NCBI GenBank assembly: GCA_963702475.1
Contig: CAVPCT010000003.1
Coordinates: 256,001-320,000, forward strand
DNA length: 64,000 bases
Source: an uncultured Thermoleophilia bacterium
GTDB taxonomy: Bacteria; Actinomycetota; Thermoleophilia; UBA2241
Direction of reading: 5' to 3'
This document shows, one piece after another, positions 38,333 to 48,001 of the stretch (position 1 is the stretch's first letter; the number at the start of each line of letters is the position of its first letter). The notes under the pieces were generated by a model. It had not been told where the DNA came from and made no database searches. It saw nothing but the letters and a program-made list of their open reading frames with translations. A program made the translations under genes and the position numbers.

Positions 38333-39138
38333 CGGCGCGCCACCTCGTCTTCGACCAGCTCCGTGAGGTCCATCGGCAGACGGGCCGACTCCGCGAACAC
38401 CCCGCCGCGGGCGGTGTTCAGCTTGCCCTCGGCGAACTGGCGCAAGGTCTGGTACAGCAGCGGGATCTCGCGCACCTCGCCGCGGCGGCGGATCTCGGCG
38501 AACAGCGGTTCGTCCTCACCCTCCGCGTCGGCGATCTCGGCGACGCTCATCGTGCGGCGCTTCACGCGGAACTGCCGCCACAGCGGCTCCCAGTCGTCAC
38601 CTCGCAGGGAGAAGCGGAAGTAGCTGACCACCGGTCCGCGGTCGAGCTCGGCGGTGGCGATGTGGATCATGGCGCCGGTCTCGTCCGCCTCGTCCTCGAG
38701 GAGCCGCCAGATGACCTCCTGCCACGTGCCGGTAGGGCCGCCGGACAGCGCGGGGTGCAGGTTGAGGATGGGATAGCGGCGGCCCATGGGCGGCCCGACG
38801 ATGAGCATGTAGCCGGCCAGCACCAGCACGCCGAGGCGGTGCGGCTTGAGGAGGTCGACCACCGCGCCGTGGTACTCCGTACGCCAGGTGCTGCGGCTCA
38901 CTCCCAGCTTCTGCGCCTCGACCCAGCTCTGCCTGCTCGACAGCGTGACCAGCGGGATGTCGAGGCGTTCGACCAGGTCGAGGAACTGGTCGCTCTCGGG
39001 CGCCTCGCCGCGCTCACGGTCGCTGAACACGGCGCCGATCTCCAGGGGTACGCCGTCCTGCTGGGCGCGGGCGACGACATCGGCCAGCAGGTTGAGCGCC
39101 GCCTGGTCGCGGCCGGTCGAGAGCCAGCCGACTCTCAC
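38329..39138 (-). CDS. purN: Phosphoribosylglycinamide formyltransferase, divergent type
   Basis: VGWLSTGRD, VLAGYMLI, LNLHPAL, ETGAMIH, ELDRGP; in the purM operon. Confidence 0.8.
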   Translation of the reverse strand: MRVGWLSTGRDQAALNLLADVVARAQQDGVPLEIGAVFSDRERGEAPESDQFLDLVERLDIPLVTLSSRQSWVEAQKLGVSRSTWRTEYHGAVVDLLKPHRLGVLVLAGYMLIVGPPMGRRYPILNLHPALSGGPTGTWQEVIWRLLEDEADETGAMIHIATAELDRGPVVSYFRFSLRGDDWEPLWRQFRVKRRTMSVAEIADAEGEDEPLFAEIRRRGEVREIPLLYQTLRQFAEGKLNTARGGVFAESARLPMDLTELVEDEVARR

Positions 39139-40143
39139 GGCTCGCTCCAGCCCGCGCCGGCCGCGGCGGCATCGCCGCGCTCCTCGGCGAGGCGCTCCCG
39201 CCACTGCGCGGCATCGGGATAGGTGCTGCGGCCTATGCCGGCGATGCCGCGGCTGGCCGCCCAGGCGGCCAGCCGGCCGGCGCCCTCGAGGCCGACGCCT
39301 TCCATCATGCCGGCCAGGAAGCCGGCCGCGAACAGGTCGCCGGCGCCGGTGACGTCCACGACCTCGGTCGGCAGGGGCGGCACGTACAGGTCGACGCGGC
39401 GGCCGACGAGGCGCGCGCCGCGGCCGCCCATCTTGCTCACCACCAGGCCGACGCCGGCGTTGAGGATGAAATCCAGCGACTCCGGCAGTGAGAGCCCGCA
39501 CAGCATCTCCAGCTCTCTCTCCGTGGCGAAGAGGTAGGCGCAGCGCTGGAGCAGCGGCAGAAAGCGCTTCACGCCCTTGCGCGCGTAGATCTCGCCGGGG
39601 TCGAAGGCGATCTCCACATCGGCCGGCAGCCGCTCGAGCAGCGCCAGCTGCGCCGCGAGCGGCCCGTCGCCGACGAAGCTGGTGAAGTACGCGAAGCGGG
39701 TCCGCGGCAGCCGCTTCGGCAGGTCGGCCGGCGAGAGCTCGTCGTTGGCCGCCGGCCATACGAGATTGCGCCGCTCGCCGTTCTCGTCGAGGAGCACGTA
39801 CACGCGGCCCGTCTCTCCGCCGCGGGCCACGAGCCGCCCTTCGGCCGGGGCCAGCTCCCGCAGGAGGAACGAGCCATCCTCGTCGTCGCCCACCCGGCCG
39901 ATCATCGCCGCCCGGTACCCGAGCCGGGCGATGGCGTTGAGTGGCGTTGGCGGCCTGCCCGCCGCCCGAGCGCGCCGGCTCGACCTGCGCGAGCGCCTCG
40001 TCGACCGCCTTGCGCAGGCCGGCGCCGGCGAGCTGCTCGGTGCCCGGCGGCCCCAGCTCGTCCCACAGCGAGAACGTGCGCGGCAGGCGGTAGATCAGGT
40101 CGAGGTTGAGGGCGCCGCAGCCGATGAGGTCGAGCGGCTTCAC
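39135..40143 (-). CDS. PfkB family kinase, frameshift near 39940
   Basis: GCGALNLDLI, GGQAAN, IGRVGDD, FDPG, DVTGAGDLFAAGF. Confidence 0.9.
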
Positions 40144-41219
40144 AGGTGCAGCGACCCCTTGTAGCGCACCGCCTCGCCGTCGCCGCGCGGTACGACGCGG
40201 CCGATGACCTGGCCCTCGTGCCCGTGCTCGGCGATGACGCGCAGGTTCTTCTCCACGCGCGCCGGATCCATGACCACGACCATGCCGAGCCCGCAGTTGA
40301 AGGTCCTGAGCAGCTCGTCGTGCCCCACGCCCAGCGAGTGCAGCCACTTGATGACCGGGCCCGTCGACCAGGACTCGAGGTCGAGCGCGGCCGCGAGCCC
40401 TTCGGGCACCGCGCGGCCGAGGTTGTCGGGAAAGCCGCCGCCGGTGATGTGCGCGGCGGCGTGCACGCCGCCGGCGTGGCCGAGGGCGTGGAGCACCGGG
40501 CTGTAGATGGCAGTGGGGATCAGCAGGACGTCGCCCACGGTCGCTGTGGGGCCGCGGTACAGGCAGAAGGCGCCGCCCTCGCTGAGGAACTTGCTGTCGA
40601 GGTCGATGGCGTGCTCCTTGAGCAGGTGTCGCACAAGGCTGAAGCCGTTGGAGTGCAGGCCGCTGGAACAGATGCCGACCAGCGCGTCGCCGTCCTTCAC
40701 GAGATGGGGTCCCCACAGCTCGTCGCGCTCGGCGAGGCCGACGGCGAACCCCGCCATGTCGAAGTCGCCGCCGGGGAACTGCCCGGGGTGCTCGGCGGTC
40801 TCGCCGCCGAGCAGCACGCACTCGGCCTGCAGACAGCCCTGGTCCACGCCCGAGACGATCTCCGCGACCTCCTCGGGCACGACCTTGCCCACCACGAGGT
40901 AGTCGAGGAAGAAGAGGGGTACGGCGCCGCAGGCGGACACGTCGTTGACGCTCATCGCCACGAGGTCGATGCCGATGGTGTCCAGCCGGCCCATGGCGCG
41001 TGCGATCTCGATCTTGGTGCCCACGCCGTCGGTGCCGGCCACGAGGACGGGGTCCTTGAGCCGCGGCAGGCGCATCGCGCCGCCGAAGCCGCCCAGCCCG
41101 CCCAGGACGAACGGGTGCTGCGTGCTCTTGAGGCGCTGCTTGAGCAGGTCCACGGCCCTGTTACCGGCCTCCACGTCGACGCCGGCGTGTTTGTACGTGA
41201 ATCGCTGCTCGTCGCTCAT
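40140..41219 (-). CDS. purM: Phosphoribosylformylglycinamidine cyclo-ligase
   Basis: TYKHAGVD, GTDGVGTK, LFFLDY, GGETAEHP, SSGLHSNGFSL, HITGGG, TFNCGLG. Confidence 0.97.
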   Translation of the reverse strand: MSDEQRFTYKHAGVDVEAGNRAVDLLKQRLKSTQHPFVLGGLGGFGGAMRLPRLKDPVLVAGTDGVGTKIEIARAMGRLDTIGIDLVAMSVNDVSACGAVPLFFLDYLVVGKVVPEEVAEIVSGVDQGCLQAECVLLGGETAEHPGQFPGGDFDMAGFAVGLAERDELWGPHLVKDGDALVGICSSGLHSNGFSLVRHLLKEHAIDLDSKFLSEGGAFCLYRGPTATVGDVLLIPTAIYSPVLHALGHAGGVHAAAHITGGGFPDNLGRAVPEGLAAALDLESWSTGPVIKWLHSLGVGHDELLRTFNCGLGMVVVMDPARVEKNLRVIAEHGHEGQVIGRVVPRGDGEAVRYKGSLHL

Positions 41220-41439
41220 CCAGTCCCCCCTCTTCGCTTCCGGCAAGTCTACGTCGCGGCCCCCGCTGTGGGCCAGCATCCGGCGCGAGGCCGGCAGCCG
41301 GCCTACTTGAAACCCGGCGCCACGTGGCATACCTCCGTAGCGGAAGCGCCGGCACGAAGGCCACCGAGGAGGAAGCGCCTGTCCAGCTATCCGACAGCGT
41401 CCGAGAGAGGAAGAGCCTCGAGGCTCGCCCCCCTGCCCC

Positions 41440-42024
41440 CCGGCGCGGAGCTCGGCATCCTGCGTGCGAGGCCGCGGAGGCTCAACACGTCCGTGGCGGT
41501 GCTCTTCATGATCGGGTCGTTCGGCTTCGTGCTGGGCGCGACGGGCGTCTACGCCGGCGTCGTCTCCTCCACCGCCGACGCCGTCACGGTCTTCATAGCA
41601 TCACTCTTCTTCACGGCGGCATCCTTCCTGCAACTGGTGCAGAGCCAGAGCCCGGACATGGCGCCGGGGGCAGGGGACGACGAGACCTCGGCGCCCGTGC
41701 ACCTGGTCGCCTGACGGCTCGATCCTCTTCATCGTCTCGAGCATCCTCGGCATACTCGCCGTGGGGCGCCTGCTCGCGTGGAAGCCGCGCGACGCGGGGT
41801 GGCGCATCGCCTGGCTCGACATGCTCGGGTCCATCTTCTTCATGGCGTCGGCACTTGCCGCGTACGTGCTGCCCGACGCCACGTCGCCTGTGGACGTCGC
41901 CATCGACGACCGCGGCACCTGGGCCGGCGCCGTCTGCTTCTTCGCCGCCGCCCTCCTGATGCTCCCGGCCTGGACGCGGGCCCGGCGGGAGGCCGAGGGG
42001 TCTTCACCGAACAGCGACGCCTGA
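41440..42024 (+). pseudogene. YrhK-like membrane protein, interrupted
   Basis: LFMIGSFGFVLG...SLFFTAASFLQL stops at 41714; GSILFIVSS...LGSIFFMASA resumes in another frame; start unclear. Confidence 0.55.
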
Positions 42025-42053
42025 GCAACCGAGCGGCGCGGCGAGCCGGCTCG

Positions 42054-43241
42054 TCAGACCTCGCTTGTCTCGTCTTGCCGGCCGTCCTTCGTGGCGGCAT
42101 CGGCCGGTGCGGCGAGGGGTCCCTTCAGCAGCACCAGCACGATGAGGCCGCCGCAGATGGCGATGGCCACCTGGAACGGCAGCGCGTAGGAGGCGCCGTA
42201 CAGCAACCCGCCGAGCGCCGCGCCGCACACCATGGGCACGCCCATGGCCGTGTCGAACACGGCGTAGCCCCACTGCAGCGGCGCGTGGCCGAAGGAGCGC
42301 GGCAGGATCATCGACGGCATGAGCCGCAACGTGTCGAAGGCGCCGTAGCAGAGCATGGCGACGGCCCATATCCCAGGACCGGCGCCGGTGATCAGCAGCA
42401 CGCAGCCGAGCAGGAGCAGGACGATGGCGCTGCCGGCCCCGGCCCTCGCCCCCCAGCGGTCGGTGAGCCGGCCGACCAGCTGCATCGAGAGCACCCCGCC
42501 GAGCGCCACGAGCGACGAGTAGACGCCGAGGGCCGCGTAGCTCTGGTCGTGCACCTGCGCGAGGAACGGGTTCACGAACGGCTGCGCCACGTAGACGGCG
42601 AGAAAGCCGACCAGGAAGAACGCGACGTGGCCGCGGAACGTGGCCCCGCGGAAGAGGTGGCGGATGCGCCACGGCTCGCGCGGGGGGTGGTTCGGCGTGT
42701 CGCGCACGAAGCAGACCACGGTGGCCGACAGCGTGTAGGCCACCGTGCTGAAGAGGAACACGGTACGCATGCCGGCCTCCTGGGCGATCCAGCCGCCGAT
42801 GAGCGGCGCGGCCACCAGACCGAGCGAGTACGAGCCGAAGACGAAGGCCATGCTGGTGCCCACGGTCCCGCTCTCGGACTTGAGGTACACGTACGCCTTG
42901 AACACCGGCATGTTCGCGTAGGCGAGGCCGAACAGGATGAGGCCGGGGACGAGCCACTGCCAGGTCGGGGCGAAGTAGAACGCCAGCGAGGTGGGCACGA
43001 GCAGCCACCACGTGCCCACGAGGACGGGTTTGAGGCGGAAGCGCGTGGCCGCCCAGGCGCCCGGGATGTTCACCACCATGATGGTCGCGAGCATCAGCGC
43101 GTTGAGCAGTCCGATGGTGAACCGCGAGGCGCCGAGCTGCAGCGCGTAGACGAAGAGCAGCTGCTGGTAGAGGCCAAGCCCCGTGGAGTACAGGACGTTG
43201 GCGGCGGCCAGCAGCTTGAAGTCCCTGTCGAGTCGGGTCAC
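42054..43241 (-). CDS. MFS transporter
   Basis: About 12 TM helices, GRLTDRWG motif, PLIGGWIA. Confidence 0.9.
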   Translation of the reverse strand: MTRLDRDFKLLAAANVLYSTGLGLYQQLLFVYALQLGASRFTIGLLNALMLATIMVVNIPGAWAATRFRLKPVLVGTWWLLVPTSLAFYFAPTWQWLVPGLILFGLAYANMPVFKAYVYLKSESGTVGTSMAFVFGSYSLGLVAAPLIGGWIAQEAGMRTVFLFSTVAYTLSATVVCFVRDTPNHPPREPWRIRHLFRGATFRGHVAFFLVGFLAVYVAQPFVNPFLAQVHDQSYAALGVYSSLVALGGVLSMQLVGRLTDRWGARAGAGSAIVLLLLGCVLLITGAGPGIWAVAMLCYGAFDTLRLMPSMILPRSFGHAPLQWGYAVFDTAMGVPMVCGAALGGLLYGASYALPFQVAIAICGGLIVLVLLKGPLAAPADAATKDGRQDETSEV

Positions 43242-43301
43242 GGCGTCTCCTGGGGCGGGGACGCGATTCTAGCCGCCGGGGTCGCCGCGGCGTAGTGCCG
43301 C

Positions 43302-44075
43302 CTACACCGTCGGCGGCACGTTGATCTCCCTGCCGCCGCTCACGTTCAGCAGCGCGCCGGTCACGTAGGAGGCGGCGGGCGAGCAGAGCCAGAGCACGGC
43401 CTCGGCCACCTCGTCCGGCGTCCCCACACGGGCCAGCGGGACGAAGGCCCGCGCCCGGCGCTCCACCTCCGCCAGGGGGACGTCGCCGTCGTCCCACATC
43501 TCCGTCGCCGTCATGCCGGGCCGCACGCCGCAGACGCGGATGCCCTGCCCGGCCACCTCCCGCGCGAGGCCGAGTGTGAGAGCGTCCACCGCGGCCTTGC
43601 TGCCCGCGTAAACGACGTCGCCCGGCATGCCCCCGTAGAGCGCCGCGATGGAGGAGATGTTGACGATCACCCCGCCGCTGCCGCCGCGCTCGGTGGACAT
43701 GCGGCGCACGGCCTCCCGCGCACAGAGGAATGGCCCGAAGGCGTTGACCGAGAAGACGGACTGCAGCTGCTCGGGCGTCACCTCGGAGACGGACACCGGG
43801 ACGTCCACGCCCGCGTTGTTGACGAGCGCGGTCACCAGGCCGAGGCGCTCGTCCGCCTCGGCGAACAGGCGCACCACGTCGGCGTGGACGGCGACGTCGG
43901 CCTGGACGGCCGTCGCGGTGCCGCCGCCGGCCACGACGGCCGCGACGACGGCGTCAGCAGTGTCGGCGCGCCTGCGGTAGCCGACGCACACCTTCCAACC
44001 GTCGGCGCCGGCCTTCTTCGCGATGGCGGCGCCGATACCGCGGCCGCCGCCTGTGACGATCATGACGCCCGTCAT
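43302..44075 (-). CDS. SDR family oxidoreductase
   Basis: TGGGRGIG, NNAG, YAGSK. Confidence 0.93.
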   Translation of the reverse strand: MTGVMIVTGGGRGIGAAIAKKAGADGWKVCVGYRRRADTADAVVAAVVAGGGTATAVQADVAVHADVVRLFAEADERLGLVTALVNNAGVDVPVSVSEVTPEQLQSVFSVNAFGPFLCAREAVRRMSTERGGSGGVIVNISSIAALYGGMPGDVVYAGSKAAVDALTLGLAREVAGQGIRVCGVRPGMTATEMWDDGDVPLAEVERRARAFVPLARVGTPDEVAEAVLWLCSPAASYVTGALLNVSGGREINVPPTV

Positions 44076-44156
44076 CCCGCCCCCCTGTCGTCGGTCCGAC
44101 CGCTAACGCCGAGGAGCAAGGCCCGAACACCGGCGGACGGACGGAAGTGCGTGGTC

Positions 44157-44940
44157 TCAGGCGTCGACGCCCGGCGTGCCGGTGCCCGTATCGGGGATGC
44201 TCGCATCCGGGCCCTGCTCCTGCGCACTCTCAGCCTCGAGGATCGTCCGCTCCACGAACGTCTTCCAGAGCGCGAGCGCGCGCGGGACGTCGACTTTGGC
44301 CGGGTCGGCGAGCATCTGGATCGCGAGCCCGTCGGCCAGGGCGACGGTGAGCGCGCGCCAGGTCGGCGATGACCGGCGGCACGTCGTCTCTGTCGCCCCA
44401 GAACCCTCGCACGTTGAGGTCGCGATACGCCTGCAGAAGGTCCGAGAGCTGCCGGGCCATGCCCGGGTCGCGGAGCACGTGAGGCAGCAGGTCGAAGTAG
44501 GCCCGGTACGACGTCGAGTCGGCGAGCATGCCGGCGGCGGCGCCGTCGATGAGCAGGTCGAGGGCGTCGTGGCCGCGGGAGAGCTGCGCCAGCCGCTGCC
44601 AGACCTCCCACAAGTAGTCGTACATGAGCCAGTCGACGAGGGCCACGAGCAGGCCGTTCTTGTCTCCGAAGTAGTAGCGGATGAGGGCCTTGTTCTCACC
44701 GGCCTCGTCGGCGATGGCCTGCACGGAGAGCGCGCGGAAGCCGGAGCGCACGAGCAGGCGCCGGGCCGCCTCCAGGAGCCTGCGGGCGGTCGGCGGCATG
44801 TCCGGCTGCAGCGAGGGCGGGCCGATGGCAGCGCTCGCCGCCGGGCGCGAACGGGTCAAGGTCCCCCTGGGGGTCTTGCGCGCCGCTCTCGCGGGGGCGC
44901 GGCGGCGCGCGTCTGAGGCGTTGCGAGTGTCGTCGCTCAC
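44157..44940 (-). CDS. TetR family regulator, frameshift near 44357
   Basis: RRLLEAARRLL..GFRALSVQAIADEAGENKALIRYYFGDK; C-terminus ALADGLAIQ in a second frame; divergent from mttB. Confidence 0.88.
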
Positions 44941-45060
44941 GTCGTCATCTTAGCAGTCGGCGGGCGCGTGCGGCGACGGACTTGTTCATACGGATACTCT
45001 CGGTCTCTCGCCGATGCACTTGTGTATTCCTTAGCAAATAGGCGGTTTATTCACTGGGCA

Positions 45061-45117
45061 TTGACAGGTCAAGCGCAAGGAGATACAAGGTGTTATTTAT
45101 CCGTTCGTATAAACACC
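45061..45117 (+). promoter_or_regulatory. Promoter and operator candidates for mttB/tetR
   Basis: TTGACA-N17-TACAAG; palindrome TTGAC-AG-GTCAA; TTTAT-N8-ATAAA inverted repeat in the AT-rich intergenic region. Confidence 0.55.
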
Positions 45118-45161
45118 CCCACTCCGCCGATCGCGGGTGATGGGCCGGCGAAAGGAGCTGG

Positions 45162-46634
45162 ATGAGACGAGGAGCTCAGAACGCCCTTCACAGCGGAGGC
45201 GTGTCGCAGACCCTCTTCACTGAGGCCGACCTGGACGACCTGCACTCCGCCACCGTCCAGGTCCTGGAGCGCGCCGGCGTGCTGGTCGAGAGCGACGAGG
45301 CGCTGAACGTCTTCGCCGACGGCGGTTGCCGCGTGGACCGGGAGACGCACATCGTGAAGATCCCGGAGCACGTGCTGGCCGATGCCCTGGCCTCGGCGAA
45401 GTCGAGCTTCTGGCTGTGCGGCCGCGACCCCGAGGACGACGTCCTCGTGGAGGTCGGCCGCACCTGCGTGTCGCCGTTCGCCGAGGGCCTGCTCGTGAAC
45501 GACCTCGAGACCGGCGAGAACCGGCCGTCCACGAAGGCCGACGTGGCCATGCACTGCCGCATCGCCGACGCCCTCGAGCAGATGGACTTCAACATCGTCT
45601 CGGTGACGGCGCGCGACGTGCCTCCGGAGACGGCCGCCGTCCACAACCTCGCGGCGGCCCTGCCCAACACCACCAAGCCCATGAACATGTCGATGACCAC
45701 GCGGCACGAGGCGGAGCTGTGCATCGACATGGCGGCGGCGGTCGTCGGCGGCCGCGATGCGCTTCGCGAACGGCCGCTGGTCTACTTCGGCAGCTGCCCC
45801 GTGGCGCCCATGAACCTCTGCGAGACGCTCACCGACGCGTTGATCCCGACGGTGCGCGCCGGCCTGCCGTTCCTCACGATCTCCATGGGCATGGCCGGCG
45901 GATCGACGCCGATCACGCTGGCCGGCACGCTCGTCGTCCAGAACACGGAACTACTGGCGACGTACGTGCTCACGCAGCTGGTGAACCGCGGCAACGCGTT
46001 CGTCTACGGCAACTCGACCTGCACGATGGACCTGCGCTGGGGCTCCAGCGCCGTGGGCACGCCGGAGACGGCGCTGTACCAGGCCGGCAGCGTCGCCTTG
46101 GCGACCTACTACGGCCTGCCGAGCTGGTCCGCCGGCTACTAGGCGGACTCCAAGGTGAGCGACTGCCAGGCCGGGCACGAGAAGACACTCACCGGGCTCA
46201 CGACGCTGCTGGCAGGGTCCAGCATCATCTACGGCCCCGGGATGCTCGAGTCGGGCATGACCTTCGACCCGGCCCAGCTCGTCATCGACGACGAGATCGT
46301 GGCCATGACGCGCTTTCTCAAGCGGGGTGTCGCCGTCAACGATGCGACCACGGCGATCGAGGAGATCATCGCGGTCGGGCCGGCCGGCAACTTCCTGGAG
46401 CGCGACAGCACGCTCACGGGCTTCCGGTCTCTCACGTCACCGCGCCTGATCGACCGCAAGGTGCGCGAGGCCTGGGAGGCCGACGGCTCGCCCGACTTCT
46501 ACCAGAAGGCCCGCGTGCGCGCGCAGCAGCTTCTCGCGGAGCACGAGGTCGAGCCGCTCGGCGGCGGCGTGCTCGCCCAGATCCAGTCCATCGTCGTCGA
46601 GGCGGACGCGCAGTACGCAGCGGGCGGCGCGTGA
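45162..46634 (+). CDS. mttB: Trimethylamine:corrinoid methyltransferase, pyrrolysine type (in-frame TAG at codon 327)
   Basis: ORFs 45162-46142 and 46155-46634 share a frame: GLPSWSAGY*ADSKVSDCQAGHEKT...IYGPGMLESGMTF matches the Pyl context of MttB (AGxOxDxK..DxQAGHEKT). Confidence 0.92.
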
Positions 46635-46672
46635 CCCATCCACCGGTGCTCCACGACTCAGGGGGAACGAAG

Positions 46673-47914
46673 ATGCGCAGTACGTCAGGCCGGGTCCTTC
46701 CCTTGCTGGCGCTCGGCCTCGCGGCCGCGGCGCTCATCGCCGGCTGCGGCGGCGACACCGGCAGCACCGGGGCGCGCGAGGAGAGCAGCGCGCCGGCCGC
46801 CGCCAGCGGCGAGCCGTTCAAGATCGGCTTCGACGAAGGCTTCACGGGCTTCATGGCGCTCGACACCATGCTCGTCGACCACGGTATCCAGACGGCCCTG
46901 GCGCAGATCGACGGCCAGGTCCTCGGGCGTCCGATCGAGTACCTCAAGGCCGACAACGCGTCCGACCCGGTGCAGGCCGTGGACAAGGCGCGGCAGCTCG
47001 TGGAGAGCGACGGCATCCACGCCATGCTCGGCCCCATGTTCTCGCCGTCCAATGCCGCCGTCACGGACTACCTCGCGCGCGACGGCGGCGGCATCCCGTC
47101 CATCTCGTTCATGGGCCAGCCCTACGAGAACATGAAGACGGCCGGCGGGCTGTCGTTCATCCCGACCGGGTTCTTCAGCGTCCCCGGGTACTACCTCGGT
47201 CAGTACGCGGCCGGCACCATGGGGTACACGACGGCGAACGTCATCTGCTTCGAGGACACCGCCTCGCGCGGCATGGTCGACGGCTTCAAGAAGGCGTTCA
47301 CGGAGGGCGGCGGCAAGGTCCTCAGTGAGGAGTTCGTGCCCTACGACGCCATCGACTTCGCCCCGTACATCACCACGATGCCCGAGGCGGACTGCACGAT
47401 CTACTGGATCTTCGGCAACGCCTCGGCGCCGTTCATCAAGCAGTATCGCGACTATGGCGTGGAAGCGCCGCTGCTCGCCCTGCAGGCCAGCTGCCTCACC
47501 GAGCAGCAGCTGCAGGAACTGGGCGACCTGGTGGTGGGCGTCAAAGGCGTGGACTACTACGTCAACACGCTCGACAACGAACTCAACGAGCGGTTCGTCA
47601 CGGACTACCGTGAGATGTGGGACGGCGAGTACCCGAACCTGAACTCCTGGGGAGGGTGGCTTGCGGTCAACCTCTTCGTGGAGGGATTGAAGACGACGAA
47701 TGGGGACACCACGCCGGCGAAGCTCATCGAGGCGATGTCGACGGCGACGCTCGACACGCCGTCGGGGTCCTACACGATGGCGGCGTTCGAGGACGCCTTC
47801 ACCGGCACCGGCAACATCTACATCTGCGAGGTGAAGAAGGGCGCCGAGCGGTACGAATGGGTGCCCGTCGAGACCTTCGAGCAGGTGAGGTTCACGGACA
47901 TCTCGGCAATGTGA
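46673..47914 (+). CDS. ABC substrate-binding lipoprotein, LivJ/K-like
   Basis: Lipobox IAGC; KIGF...GRPIEYLKADNASDP...ARQLVE; DFAPYI. Confidence 0.88.
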   Translation: MRSTSGRVLPLLALGLAAAALIAGCGGDTGSTGAREESSAPAAASGEPFKIGFDEGFTGFMALDTMLVDHGIQTALAQIDGQVLGRPIEYLKADNASDPVQAVDKARQLVESDGIHAMLGPMFSPSNAAVTDYLARDGGGIPSISFMGQPYENMKTAGGLSFIPTGFFSVPGYYLGQYAAGTMGYTTANVICFEDTASRGMVDGFKKAFTEGGGKVLSEEFVPYDAIDFAPYITTMPEADCTIYWIFGNASAPFIKQYRDYGVEAPLLALQASCLTEQQLQELGDLVVGVKGVDYYVNTLDNELNERFVTDYREMWDGEYPNLNSWGGWLAVNLFVEGLKTTNGDTTPAKLIEAMSTATLDTPSGSYTMAAFEDAFTGTGNIYICEVKKGAERYEWVPVETFEQVRFTDISAM

Positions 47915-47934
47915 GCCGCGACCGCGGAGGGTGA

Positions 47935-47976
47935 GCGCGGCGGGCGGGCGGCCGGAGGGCCTCCCGCCCGCCGCGC
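47935..47976. terminator. GC-rich hairpin between convergent genes
   Basis: GCGCGGCGGGCGGG...CCCGCCCGCCGCGC stem. Confidence 0.65.
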
Positions 47977-48001
47977 TTCACGCGCGCGGGTCACCCGGAC
48001 G

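Noticed and set aside
38329-40821. 830-aa ORF as a real fusion protein
   Set aside because: One stop-free frame strings together off-frame purM sequence, the pfkB N-terminus, off-frame pfkB and purN; the separate starts have 4-nt overlaps.
45162-46634. mttB as a nonsense pseudogene or two genes
   Set aside because: The single stop is TAG at the conserved pyrrolysine position and both halves are intact and in frame.
45326-47914. 862-aa ORF
   Set aside because: The N-terminal half is an off-frame read of mttB; the real gene starts at 46673 with a lipoprotein signal.
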